A DNA stretch of 64,000 nt, taken from the NCBI GenBank assembly GCA_012862495.1, contig BLSG01000115.1, forward strand, positions 1 to 64,000, given 5' to 3'. Both the position numbers and the translations under genes were made by a program. The notes under the pieces were generated by a model. It ran no database searches, had not been told where the DNA came from, and saw only the letters and a program-made list of their open reading frames with translations. The stretch is from Thraustochytrium aureum. Lineage: Eukaryota. Positions 24,866 through 37,880 of this stretch are shown here, in pieces; positions within the stretch are counted from its first letter, which is position 1, and the number at the start of each line of letters is the position of its first letter.

Positions 24866-25460
24866 CGCGGCCGAGCCAAGCAAGCTCGCGCCGCAGCCAA
24901 CAGACGCGTCGAGACCCCGTGAGGGTCAGTTCGCCGGGCCCTGGCTCCGTGGCTCCGTGGCTCCGCGGCGGGGTTTGCGGCAGCGTCTGCTCGCCCGTCG
25001 GCGGCCTGCAGCGCAGCAAGTGTTCGAGTTGTCGCCCAATTTTGTAGGACTCCCTGCCGGTGTCCTGCGGCCGCCTGGGGAGCTCGTCGCCTGGTTTGCC
25101 AGCTCGCGACCTGCCCGAGGCGGGGCCGCAACGGTTACACTTGAGCGAGGACGGAATACCAAGAAGACAGCAAGCTCTCAAGAGCGCATCGGACAGACCC
25201 CATGAACATGTGAATGAGCCGCGCGAGCCCCCGGCAGAGCAGCAACGGAGCTGGGGCCGCTGTGCCTGTCGCCGCGAGCGGTTTGCGCGCAAGACGAGCT
25301 GGAGCGCAGAGGGCGCTTGCGTCCGTCCGTCCGTCCGTCCGGCCATCCGTCCGTCTGTCCGTCAACAAACCGCCAGCGAACCACCAGCCAGCCAACGGGC
25401 CACCTGATCGAGTGAGGCCAGCCACCAGAGAACTGACCAGCCGCTTGCGCCGCCCGCACA

Positions 25461-26046
25461 ATGAGCGCCAAGACGCAGGTCGACCTAAAGCCCCCGCCAT
25501 TTGCGTGCCGAGGGCGCCAGTTTCAGCTGCACGAGCCCGAGGGAGGTACCGACGGGATCGCCAAGCGCGCGCGAGTGAAGGCAGTCATACAACGGCGCAT
25601 GATTGGACGCACCTTGGAGCGCATTCGCGCCGAGGACGACTCACAACTGCAGCGGAAGTTGTGCGAGTCACTTCACTCGACGCAATCGGNNNNNNNNNNN
25701 NNNNNNNNNNNNNNNNNNNNNNNNNNNNNNNNNNNNNNNNNNNNNNNNNNNNNNNNNNNNNNNNNNNNNNNNNNNNNNNNNNNNNNNNNNNNNNNNNNNN
25801 NNNNNNNNNNNNNNNNNNNNNNNNNNNNNNNNNNNNNNNNNNNNNNNNNNNNNNNNNNNNNNNNNNNNNNAGATCGATTTGCTTGCAAGAATCCAGAACC
25901 TCGAGCAACAGCAGGACACCTTGGAGCTATTACTGCAGCAGATAGACCGGTCCAAGGACGAGGCCGATGTATCGGAGGACGCAGCGCTTGGGGATGGCGC
26001 TAAAGTGCCCCGAAATCTGAGCTCTGCGGGTGGGGAGGGTGCCTGA
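25461..26046 (+). CDS. Small hypothetical coiled-coil protein (spans an N-gap)
   Basis: ATG 25461 ORF runs into the gap; heptad-like IDLLARIQNLEQQQDTLELLLQQI follows the gap and ends at TGA 26046. Confidence 0.5.
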
Positions 26047-28363
26047 GTGCGCCCCGAAGTTTTGCGCTGCACGGGCGGGGAGGGATTGTGGGAGAAGTGC
26101 GGCTGCTTTTTTGCCACAGATTGCAGTTGTTTTCATCGCCTCGAGAGGATGAGCAGGGCCATGTGCAGGGCTCTCCCCGCTGTGGATGAGAAGATTTGGT
26201 GTCCTTGTCGCGATTTGGCCCCGTCAGCGGGCTGCGCATACCTACCTAGCAGACGATGCGCTGGGGTCGAGCTCCGGGTTGGTTTCGCGTTCGGCCTTGG
26301 CTAGCTGGATCCAATCGTTCAGTAAGGGTGAGGGATCTAGAGACTTTGGCCTGGGCGGCCCGGCGCCTTGAGCGGCAGTGCAGTGCAAGACGCTTGCTAG
26401 TCGAGCTTGTAAAGCGCTAGCTAGTATGCAGGCAGCTGCAAGGAGATTCTGGTCGATGCGCCCCTTCCCCTGGGCGTGGGAAATGGAGTGGGAACGCATC
26501 TGTAAAAAACAGCTGGAAGCCCTGGGTCTGCGGCTCGCAGCTCATCAAAATGGGATTCGCAGGGCGTACTCAGGTACAACCGAGTTTCTTCCATTCCATG
26601 AGGGTGATGAGCGACCCAATGTAGTGGAGATCCTTCCAATTGAAAGCAAACGAAAGCAAACGAAAGCAAACGAAAGTGAAAAGGAAACACAACTCAACCA
26701 AACAAACTCCCACGACCCTTGCAGCCATCACCAGCAAGTCGGTTGACGAAGCAATCACTCCGGGCTCCCAGGAGGTGGCGAAGCACCCACGACAGAGAAA
26801 CTGACTACAGATAGAAATGAAGTTACTCTACGGTACCCTGTACTCCGCCCTCAGGCTGTGCGAGGCGGCGAGAATGCCGAGGAGTATCCAAACGTTCCTT
26901 TGTGTCAACCGATGGCCGTTTTCTTTTTCCTTTCCTTTGGCGGCAGCATCTAGCCAACACGGCCGTCGAGCCTTTTCCGCAAGGTCGCGTTGCGCTTCGC
27001 TACGAGGGCCGAGTTGGACACAAGATCGCCAGCACAGGCTCTGCGCGGAGTTCACTAATGGGGCGTAATTCAGCGCCGACCTCACCTTGCACAGGGGTGC
27101 AATTTCCCGAGTTTCCCCGGTTCCCATTGGCTGAAACTGCAGCCTCGGCCACTGAATGCCTCGCCCGCACCTCGCTGGAGCTGGAGAGGCGTTGCCAGGC
27201 TCCACGAAGCAGTAACTTGCGTCCCCACCAGGCTGGCGCCGCCCCTTTTTTGCTCTTGGCAATCCGGGCTCCGACTTGAATTTTAAAATATATTGCTTCA
27301 GCCTGGTGCCCATGCCGCGCGCCTCACGCGCACGGTTCAGGGCGGGGAATCGCACCCCTTGTGCTGGGTGCTGGAGCCCATTACCGACCGAAAACGACGA
27401 GCTCGCTAAATCTGGCGCCAGGCCCCAGCAGGGCCTCGTCGAAAGAGCAGGCGGTTGCACGCGCAGTTGAGGCGGCCCCGACAGGATCCCGCGTTTAATG
27501 TACACCAAGAGAAGGCATGGGGGCTGCGTTCTTTTCCGCTTGGCCAAGTCCAGCGTCGAGCAAAGCACGAAGTCCCTGACTCGCATCGTATTCGCCGCTC
27601 ATTGTTGGCGACACTCCATTGTGCAGACTCTGAAGCCAACAGCCAAAGGGTGGGCGGGCTTTTGTGTTGGCACTAAACTGACGCACGCGCATGGCAGGTT
27701 CAGTCAGCCCGGTAGCTTTTGCCCAGGAGAACCCCCACTTCGATCTTGCAGCAGTAGAGCGAGTTTCCAAACAAGTTCGCCCCGCAAGGCCGAGGTGGGT
27801 CATGGCGTGGTCCGGGACCTTGGCATCGTAGATGCGGATGCACCGGCAAACCGCAAACTCGGATCGACCAACTCGCCGCAGCTGGCAAGCATCGCTGATA
27901 CTCCTCCGTTCTCGCTCTGTATCTTTCTAGAGCTTGAGCTCGTTGAGCGAGCGAGCCGCGCGCTGAACGGGTCGGAGACCCTCGGCGGCCTCCCCTGAAG
28001 GTCAGCAAGGGCGCTACCTTAAAAATCACGGCTCACAAAACGGCAAACCAACGCCAACAAGGCGTCGCCAGGATAGCCAGCCGCTCGGTGCCCCAACCAG
28101 TGCTACACTGTAATCTGCTCCCTAACCGACTAGCTCTCTGGAGAAGAGAGCGCTTTTGCGGAATCGAAGGTCGGGCTCGGTTGCGACACGCACCACCCAC
28201 GCTACTCATGCTCAGAAGCGCAAAACCAAATCTGCAGTGCAACAACTGCGCGTGCTGCGCCGCGCACCGATCTGGACAGCCGCAACGTGACGGCCAGATG
28301 GGGCTCAAAACTTTGCCAGGCAAGCCCTTGCTCGGCCATCGTCATGGTGCCCAGCAAAAGAAG

Positions 28364-29161
28364 ATGATTGGCCGTCGAGCAAGTTCCGAGCACCAGGAAG
28401 GCGACAACGAGCTCTTTGCCTGGCTCGAGGGGCTCATCACAGAGGGCGTTTTCCCCGAGGAAGCGGCCTCTTCAGATCGCCGCTGCGACCCTGAAGTCGT
28501 GCCTTGGCCAAAAGATCTGTACGTTGGTGGAGTCAACAATGATGCCTCCTCAGCTGGGCTCGAACATGATGTTGACGGGTCGGGCCAAGGCTCGCCGGTG
28601 CTGTCGCTGTCAGCGTCGCGGAAGCCGGATTACCACGCCCTACCAGTGCGTTTCTCATCCGAGACAGAGATGCTTGTGCTGCCAGAACTTACCTCGCTCG
28701 AGGTCTTCACAAGCTTTGTCATAGCCTACCGAGACCGCGAGGGCAACCAATTTGTCGATTGCTCGGGGATTCTTTCGCGAGCTTGCTACGAAAAGTGGCT
28801 CAGCACGCGTCAGGTTGAACCCTCGCACCCGGAGGAGTGCTTCCGCAAGTCGATCATTTCAAAGCTGACGCGCTCGGACGGCGGGTCGGCGCCGTTCCCA
28901 GCTGTCGTAGAAGAGTCTTTGCTAGTATTGCTGCGGCGGCGCAAGGTCTGGGAGTGCTTTCGCGGGAGGCTGGACTCTGTTACAGGCAAACCCATTATGA
29001 TTGGGTGCAAGGGCCTCCGAAGTCTTGGGTTCCACGAGCGCCGCAAGATGGAGGCGCGCGGTCAGGATGGGTACATTTGCGCAGCTTCGTCGAAGCGCAA
29101 GCTGCCTTCTAGCTCGGCGCTTCAGCCCGAATTGAGGGGGTTGAAGAGGCAGATTTCGTGA
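28364..29161 (+). CDS. Protein with an unassigned ~120-aa conserved domain (paralogue of 54483..56366); putative nuclear/DNA-binding
   Basis: Domain SGILSRACYEKWL...PEECFRKSI...FPAVVEESLL..LRRRKVWECF...IGCKGLRSLGFHE aligns with the second copy in this window; basic KRK and LKRQ segments near the C-terminus. Confidence 0.8.
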   Translation: MIGRRASSEHQEGDNELFAWLEGLITEGVFPEEAASSDRRCDPEVVPWPKDLYVGGVNNDASSAGLEHDVDGSGQGSPVLSLSASRKPDYHALPVRFSSETEMLVLPELTSLEVFTSFVIAYRDREGNQFVDCSGILSRACYEKWLSTRQVEPSHPEECFRKSIISKLTRSDGGSAPFPAVVEESLLVLLRRRKVWECFRGRLDSVTGKPIMIGCKGLRSLGFHERRKMEARGQDGYICAASSKRKLPSSSALQPELRGLKRQIS

Positions 29162-29668
29162 ATGGCGCCATGTCACGGCGAGTTTTCTCCTGCTCTCGAG
29201 GCCTCAGGTTCTCGAGTATTTGGTGCGGTGGGGAGTGCCTATACTCTATCGCCTGCAGGTTTCGGCAAGATAGTTAGTAATTCCTCGAGCTCTTTCTTCT
29301 TCTTGGCCCGTTGATCTCTCGAGCTCTAGCTAGAGCCAGCGCTCGAGGTCGAACCGCAACGTAAATGCGGGACTTGCCCCCGTCGCGCGTACGAGGGTTG
29401 GTTGCCGAAGCAGAGCCCTCAGTTGGAAGTGCTTCCTGCGCTGCACTTGCGGTGCGCAACTGGGAATGGAATTCTTCAAAGATCTCGAGCGGTACATGGG
29501 TGCCTTCGTTTTCGAACGCAGCTCAGATCCCGCGCCCGGAACTGATAAAATGGAAAAGGGAGGTGAGTTGAGTTGGTTTGCTTGCGCCACTGCCAAGGGG
29601 ACGGAATCGAGGAGCTACGCAAGAACCTGGGCAAGACGGTAGCAGTGACGGGCCCGCGAAAGCCTCAC

Positions 29669-32600
29669 CTATCCTCGCCTCAAGGTCACGCTGTCAAGAG
29701 GAGTGCTCGGGGCATCGGCAGGCCAAAAGTCCCACTTCAAGGCGCCGGGCGTGGGAATACTGAGAGACGCAAACCCAAAGTGCTCGTCTGAGCGAGACGC
29801 GATCCAGTCCGGCGTACTTGTGAAGCCCTTGTCCAGCGTCGCTCCGCCTGTGCCGACGATGATGTACGTAGGAAATTGATCTGCTGCAGCGCGGACCACT
29901 NNNNNNNNNNNNNNNNNNNNNNNNNNNNNNNNNNNNNNNNNNNNNNNNNNNNNNNNNNNNNNNNNNNNNNNNNNNNNNNNNNNNNNNNNNNNNNNNNNNN
30001 NNNNNNNNNNNNNNNNNNNNNNNNGATGATGTACGTGGAAATTGATCTGCTGCAGCCGGACCACTGCGCCCGCAGCAGTGTCAAGCCGCACCGCATTCGT
30101 TCGCATGTAATGATGAGAATGCCCAGAAACGAAAAGGTCAACACGCGCCGCCTCAAAAACGGGCATGTACAGGTCTCGAAAGGCGCACTTGAACCAGTCG
30201 CCCCCAACGTCACAGCTCTGATGGTGCACAGAGGTGTGAAAAGCAGGGCGGTGGGTGAACACGACTACCCAAGGTGTGCGCGACCTGTCCACCGCAGCCA
30301 AATCCCACGCAAGCCACTTGAACTGAGGCGAGCTGGCGCCTAGGGCTCTGTCAAAGCGAGCCGCCTCCGCCGCAGTGAGGGGCCCTTTCGCTGTCGAACG
30401 TTCGTGCGCGCCCACAGCGTTCGTTTCCGTCTGAAGTGAAATGATGTGATACGGGCCGACATCGATGCTGTAAAAGTACGGCTCCTTGAGGATCTCGTTC
30501 GCCGCCGCGGCTTTGTTGACGCTTGATTTTGCCGCGAAATCAGCAGAAAGAAGCTCGTGGAGGCCCTGCTGAGACGCTGGCGACAGCTCATTCTGCTTGA
30601 AACCGTGCATGTTCGGTAAAACCGGGGCCGGCCGAAACTTGAAAAGCCACTGCAGGTCGTTGTCGTGATTGCCCATGGTCGTCAGAATGGGCACGTTCCG
30701 TGTGGTCGGTTCCAAAAGCGCCATAAATTCCTGCCACTCCTCAAAACGGCCTTCTTCTTGGCGCAGGCGACCCATGCAGTTTTCGTTGCGGCCGCAGTCA
30801 AACTGGCACTCGCGCCGATCAAAGTCGTCATGGCACTCTCCATGCGCGCTTGCGTATGATTGGTCGCCGACGTGGATGATGGCGCCAACGTCGCCTTTGC
30901 GAACGCGCTCTGCCAGCGCTTTAAGAGTGATGGCACGCCCTCCGCTTCCCGTGTCGCCAAGCGCAAGGATGGTCATTCCGTCCCACCTGCTCGCCACGCT
31001 GGTGGGGACGCTGCGAAAGGTTCCGGTCACAGGCTGTACAGGCGCATCGTACGGCGCATCGGCCTGCCCGATTGTATACTGCACGGAGGATCCGTCATCG
31101 GCACTTCGAAGAACAGCGACGTAATAGTGCCACGCGTACTTGCCAGTGCCTTGGGAGACGATGCAACCGACGTGTTTGGCGGGTACTCGAGAGGGCTCCC
31201 TTTGGCCGGGCTTGCCGAAAGCCACCACGAAATTCGCCTTGGGCGCCGTGCAATGCGCGTCCCTTTGTTCGCCAACGGGTTCCTCCACAGTGAAATCCAC
31301 CACAATGTCCAGCGACGTCGCGCCGAGGGAAAGGACCACCTGCGATATTGCACGGAATTTGGTCGTGTCCAGCCGCAGCAGCCGCGCATCCAATGGGTTT
31401 GGCAGTGGTCGAACTTTCTCGATGCTTGGGGTGGTTTGTTGAAGGATTGCCGAGTCAAGCGGCTTCGTGTCCCTGCTTGCTGTGAAAGACCACTGCGCCT
31501 TTGTCGGACTCTGCACAGAAAATGTGCCGACACCATACTTGTCAGCCGAGCGGAAAGCCATCCAGTCTGGGTTGGATGTCCAGCCAGTAGAAAGCTCAAA
31601 CCCACCGGTCCCAACGATGACGTAAATCGGGTCGTCCCGCGCGGCCCCCTTCGCCACAGTGCTACCCAGCTTGAGCGGTTTTGAGCCTTCGTTGAGCATT
31701 CGCATCGGGGCAGTGCGGGAGTAATGGTGCGAGTGCCCGTTAAGGACAAGATTGACGCCGTGCTGCTGAAAGAGCGGCACGTAGAGCTCCCTATAGCGGC
31801 AAAGAAACCAGTCGCCACCGACACCGCAGCTAGGGTGATGTCTAGACGTGTGCACGGGCGGGCGGTGAGTGAAAACGACGACCCATGGCGTTCGCAAGCG
31901 GTTCACCTCGCCGAGGTCCTTGAGAAGCCATCGGTACTGGGGGGAAGACTTGCCAAAGTGCTCGTCAAACCGGACAGCATCATCGCTACTGAGCGAATCC
32001 TTCGAACTTTTCGTGGCCCGCTCGTACGCGTCGATTCCGTTATCCTCGGACTTAATCATGACAACGTGGATAGGGCCGACATCCACGCTGAAAAAATCGG
32101 GCTCGGCCAAGAGCTCGTTCAGCAAGGCCTGCTGCTCCTGCGCTGGTTGCCCCTTGAATTGGCCGCGGAAAAGCTCAAGCCGCTCTGTGACGCGCGGGCT
32201 CCGAAATCGCGCGTCAACGAGCTCGTCTCTCGCGCGCGTGGGAGGGCGAAACTTGAAATACCACGGAAGATCGTTGTCGTGATTCCCCATAGTCGTCACG
32301 AGCGGTATGCGACTCGAAAGCGGTTGAAAGCCCCTGAAAAACGACACCCAGGCCCTGAAGTGACGGTCTTTTGCACGGTGCCTCCCTTCACATTTCGGAT
32401 TGGTGCGGGGGCAATCAAAGCGGCACGTGGGATTCGCTTGACTCGTCAGCGAATAACAGGTCCCGCTGTTCGATGCGTATGACATATCCCCAACGTGAAT
32501 AAACAGCGAGGCGTTCATAACACCTTGCAGGAGCTGCGAGATGACTTCGTTCAGCCCCTTCTCGCCGGTATCGCCGACGGTAAGCACGACGGCCTCGTCA

Positions 32601-33476
32601 ACGTTCTCCGGGAGAGCAGCAAACGACGCAGAAAACGCCAACGATATCGTGTCTGGCGAGGAGGGCTTAGCATGGTTTGGCGCGCTGACCTGACCAATTT
32701 CGTACTCGTAGGTCTGCCCGGGTTGGAGTCCCTCCAACTTGGCCTCGTAATAGTGCCAGACGAACTTGCCGGTGTCTTCCGACACAATGCAGCCCGCGTG
32801 CTCCATGCTTGCGTGCGTCAAAACGAACTCAGCGTTGTCACCCTGTGGCCATGCCTGCACAGTCAAGTTCGCTCGCTCCGGCTCAGCACATGTTCGTTCA
32901 GATCTACTCTTTTCCACTTCTTCCAGCGTGAAGCGAACAAGCATCTCGGAGCTAACCCGGGTTGCGCCTAGGACGACTTGGGACACCGCGCGAAACCTTT
33001 CGTGGTCCACGGAGAGCACAGCTCGTGGCGCAAGCGCTGCTCCAGGTTGTATTTGTTTGGGTGTGGTATCCTCGCTCACTGTTGAGGGGTTCTCGGGGTG
33101 GGCTAGGGTTTTGGGGCTTGAAGAAGGATGCTCGATCTTTGCAGCAATTTTGGGTGTTTCGCGAAAGGAGAGCTGGGCGACCAGTGAAATGAAGGCAAAC
33201 ACCCCGAGAAGATAGAGAACCGGTTTTAGGCGGCGGATTCCGCGCGCCAGTTGCTCCATTGGCGTAAAGCCTTCGTACTCGTGAATGCGCTCGTCCTTGC
33301 TCGTGTATGCCGAGATCACGCTGTCCTTGGAGTTGCGGCGCGCCCCCCCTTCGTCGCAGCCATGCCAAACATTTCAACGTCGTCGTCGTCGTCGGAGGCG
33401 GCGGCCCGCAACAGGTCCATCTCCTCCAGCTCGTTTTCGCATCGTCGTCCAAGCCGTAGCCCTGGCCGGCCTCCAT
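29669..33476 (-). CDS. Type II membrane protein with two tandem purple acid phosphatase (metallophosphoesterase) domains
   Basis: Each half has GDTG, GD(M/Q)SY, MGNHD, FTHRP and GHSHHY motifs plus an N-terminal FN3-like segment. TM anchor PVLYLLGVFAFISLVAQL. The 5' part is frameshifted and the gap at 29901-30024 is spurious. Confidence 0.88.
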
Positions 33477-34096
33477 TTCCCCGCCCGTTGGTTTGGGTTT
33501 ACTTCGTAGGTGGCTCTTGTACCTCGCAGACACTGGCAACGGTGCCGAGGTTTGCGCGCCTGCCTCTCCGCTGACGCTCGCCGCCCCAGCCGCTGGAGGA
33601 ATAGGCCCTTCGGCCACCCCCGCCGACGCGTCTCAACTGTAGGAGACTGCGCTGAGCGCGTTGACGACAGCCGGAGGCGTTGCGCGCGAGAGACGCCGCT
33701 TCGGGCACGAGGCAATGAGTCTCTGCTCCTCCACCTGCAGGCGAAGGAGTGGCACCTGGGCAATAGGGAGCGCTTTACCGGTACAAAATCGCTTTGTTGC
33801 GCAATACAAAAGGTCCAAGAGCCAGGTTGTCCCGTTTCAACGGCTTCAGGCACCGCTTGAGGCACCATCAAGGAAGGACTCGGGAGTCGGGACCGGCACG
33901 GAATGACTGACGGCTGGGGTCTGCACGGCAATGGCAGGCTGGCTGGTGACCCGACACATTCATGAGTACTTACTGTACTCACTAAGGTACATACTCTTAT
34001 AATCCAGACATGCTTCAGTTTTTTATAGTACTGCGCAAAGCGGCCGTTCCGCAGGAAAAACGCAACTCGCGCGAGCGTCCTTGCGGGTGCCAAAAT

Positions 34097-35925
34097 CTAC
34101 TCGCGTCCCCCACGTCCAACCCCCGCAAGGCGCCCCACTGAGGGCGGAGAATGGCGGGGCGGCGACGGGTGCTGCCGACCAATTGCGTCATCCTGCACCC
34201 CTAGATTCACCCTCGCTCGAAGCGGACGGGGCGGGCGGACCTCACCGAACCCGAGGAGCTCCAAGGCACCGGCAACTTGCTCGACGACGCCCCGACACAA
34301 GGCGTCGATTTTGCGGAGCTCTAGGGGCATAGGCGGGCGGGCAGCATCGAGCGCCCCCTGAATCGCGTCGATGTTGAGTTGGACGTCAGCGAGCTTGGAA
34401 TGCATGCGTTGATGGTCAAACAGAGAGCCGGCCAACTCGCCGCGCCACGTCCGCGAGCGAGTCGCCGGCCCGGCCTCGCTACTGGCCGCGGCGGAGTCGC
34501 CCGTGCTGATCGCATGGAGAACGGCTGATGTTGCTCGCGCGGCTCGCTCAAATGAGGCCACGGCGGCGTCAGCGTGGGCGGAATCCGGCGACGCGCAACT
34601 CTCCATGACATGCGTGGCGAAGTGCGACGTCAGGCGCAAGAACGACGGAATGAGTTCTTGAAGAAACCACAGTGAGCGCCGTTCGCCAGCGTCTGCGGAC
34701 CGACTCAGCATGTCAAACCCATTTGCCCAACGGACCGTTCGCGAGATGACTTGGAAGACTTGCCATGGTGCAAGTTTGGCCACGCCCGCCTCCTCGCCGG
34801 TTGCCAAAGCCACGGGGGAGCCTTGGTGAAAGCGTGCGCATTGGGCCAAGTAGGCCTCCACTTCGCTCTCGAATACCGTCGAGGCCGCGTGGCCAGAAAT
34901 GTGTCGCACGCGCGGACTCTCAGTCGTTGCTGTTGCGCGAAGCTGAACAGGCTCGCGTGGAGCGTAAAACTTTCTGCCTCGCGAGGTTGGGGGGGCGACC
35001 GCGAGGTTGCGGTTCGCACCGTGTCCCCACTGGCCCCACCCGTGAGTTTGGCGACATGCGCGCTGATGCGCGACCCCGCAGGACGGTGCGGCATCCCCTG
35101 GTACGTCTGTCTGATGTAAGAATCAGACACTGTCCTGCGCGGGGGTCCGCTACGGACAAACGAAGACATGTCGGTTTCGCGAAAGTCTTCGCCATGGTCG
35201 CTCCGATGACGTTGCCGCGTCTGCTCTCTGAGAACCGTGGTTTCAAAGACAGTGCAATACTCTTTGGCGAACTTGTACAGTCGTTCAAGATCGTCTCGGT
35301 CGTGATCGTCGTCGAAGTCGAGGTTGGCGTTTTGCTGCGTGTCTTCGCGTTTGGAGCGGTCGTCGCGATCGTCTCGGTCGCGATCGTCGCCAAAGTCGAG
35401 AGTGTCTTTGCCTCGCGCCTTCGCGTTGAAGCGACTGTCTGAGCGGCGGGCTTCGCGGCCATCGCCTTGTGCTTCCTCTGTCGGGCTGCTGCGCCTTGCG
35501 GGGTCGAGTCCAGATTTAAGGAGAAGCTCGGCGCGCCTTGCAGCAATGGCGGCGCTGAGAGGGCTCTGCAAGCCTCTGCGTCGTGTTTCGAACGTGCGCC
35601 CCCTGCGTAGCTCGGCACGCGAGTCGGAAAGTCGCTCGAAAGGATGCCTCGTCGCTGGTGGCTCTGCCGCAGCATCAGTTTTGATGTTTTTGTCCGCGGT
35701 TCGGCCACTTGCTCTAGCGCCGTGCGATGCAGCTGCGGCGGCAGCATCTTGAAACCCTGTGCGGAAGTGCGCTGGTGCGGGGGAAAGCGATCCCGCCCGC
35801 GGAGGCGGGACCGGGACGGCGCTGTCTTCATTTCCTGCAGACCTGCTCTGTCGATAGCTCCTCTGCCTCCTCACTGGACGCCCGCGCCGCGTCTGCAGCG
35901 GCTTGCTCGGCGAGAGGGTGGACAT
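34097..35925 (-). CDS. Hypothetical protein (disordered N-terminus, helical C-terminus), frameshifted near 34910
   Basis: Overlapping ORFs 34705..35925 and 34097..34909 have coding-like composition; no family recognised. Confidence 0.5.
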
Positions 35926-37880
35926 CCTCGGTTGTCGGCGTGACCATCAACTGCAGCGCCGGGTGAGCAGCGCTAGGCTGCTTGCTTGATTCCGCAGCGC
36001 TGGGCTGCTCGCTTGATTCCGCAGCCAGCGCCCAGGTGCACGGCCGAGCTGCGAGTACGCGCGGCTAGAGGTTCAGCCCGTGCGTTGCGCGGGGCCGTCT
36101 TGCGCGAGGGGCCCCGGCGCGCTGCCTCGCCCCCGCCAACGAAATGCACAGCCGACGCGAAGCCGCGCAGCGAGATCTGCTGGTGGCGTTGGGCTGCTCG
36201 CGGGCAGGCTGCTCCTGCGGGTCGAGGGAAAGAGGGGAGGGGAAAAGAGGGGAGGGAAAGAGGGGAGACGCGCCGGGCAGGGGCTGCGTCGGCGCCTCAG
36301 CCGAGGGCCACCTGCGCCTGTCCGGGTGCGCGGGCAAGGGGCAAAGCGATGCGCCCTGCACCGCGTGCCTGCGAGGGCGACGATGCAGCAGCGCGCAGCG
36401 CGCAGGTCGTCGAGCTCTGTCTCGTTGCGGCTCTGCCACGTGAGCAAGCGACGGGGGATTGGAGGAGGGACGGCCACGAGGAGAGAGCGAGCAAAATCGC
36501 GAGCAGCAGAACGCAGAAAACACGCAGGGAGGCAGAGGAGTCCGGGCACGCGACGCGAGAAATCGCCGCGCTCTTGACCCCCAAAGGCCGACCTTCCCAC
36601 ACGTGGAGCCTCCTGCCCGTCCTTTTCTCCTCTTTCGTTCCTCCTCGCTCCCCTCCTCGCTCTTCTCCTCGCTCGTCTCCTCCGAGGCGTCTTGCTGAAA
36701 ATGGCGACCACACAGCGCGCTTTTCCGCGGTCAAGAGTGCGCGCCCCCTCTCCGTGCGCCGCGCAAACGCCGCAGGCTCCCTGCTCAGGGCCTGCTCCCG
36801 AGTCCCACATTCGCCACATCGCTCGGCGCATGGAGGCCGCCAATTTACCACGAGAAAGGGAGATGATCTGCTGTCGTGGACTCTGCCCCCCAGGCGGAGG
36901 CGAGAGGAAAGGCCGGCAGGGGGGCGTTTGGGGAGTAGTAGCGCCGCAGCCGGTCAATCCGGGGCCGGTCGAGACCGCTCACGTATGTATGTACTCCCTT
37001 CGGTAACCTTCGGTAAGGTAGACGACCGGGAAGGACATGAGGAGAAGGGTCGTCCGGCGGCCGAAAGGGGCCCGTGCGCCAGCCAGCGCCACGATTTCGC
37101 GGCATTCGCAACGCCGCACCCGCAGCTCGCCCTCCCAGCAAGGAGGATCCAGCGCGCTCCTGCGCTGGCGGGCTGGCGCTCGGTGCCTTTTGCTGCGCTT
37201 TGCCGTGCTCTGCTGGCCCCTCGCCGACTCCGGAAGGTCCTGTTCACGGCGACCGACTAGCGCGCAACACCGGCATCGGCGCCAGAATGCAACCGGCGCG
37301 CCGGGCTTGGTGCGGCGCTGCACTCGGCAACTCGCGCGGATGCGTGCTAGCGGACTCGGCCGAGTCCAGTTTCCAACGGAATGGACTCCAGCCCGTGAGG
37401 CGCTCGCCGAACAGCACGGCGGAGCACACTGGCACTCTGCCGCGTGCTTTGCAGCGCACTGGTGTGCGTGCGGGGAGCGGGTTCTTCGGCCCGTGCTCTG
37501 CTGCCGCGGTGCCACTTCGACTTGGCAAGCAAGCTCCTTGCTTTCGACCGCGGCGGCGTTCAAGTTCCCTCTAGTAGAGACTTGAATTTGGGTACCTGCA
37601 TGAAGGAAAGAAGGCAACAAACATTTGAATTTTGATTTGTCCTGCCGCTCAGTCGCACCGGCGAGAGAGCAGCTGCCGCGAGAGTTTCCGCGCACACCGC
37701 CGATCACAGGGCAGGGTTGCAGTCGGCCAAGCAATCATCAGCACGGTGCATGTGGCCGCTTTCGATCAGAATTCAGAGCGCTGCCGAATTCAGAGTTCGT
37801 TGAATGCTGATGCCGACGTAGGCGTCGGCTGGTCTGTCCGGCCAGGCGCGTGCTTGCTGCCGGTTCGATGTCTGGGTCTG

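Noticed and set aside
26642..26675. GAAAGCAAAC x3 repeat and the overlapping 122-aa ORF
   Set aside because: Short simple repeat in intergenic DNA; the ORF has no coding signature.
35986..37734. Several 150-420 aa ORFs on both strands
   Set aside because: Arg/Ala/Pro-rich shadow ORFs expected in high-GC DNA; no motifs or consistent codon bias.
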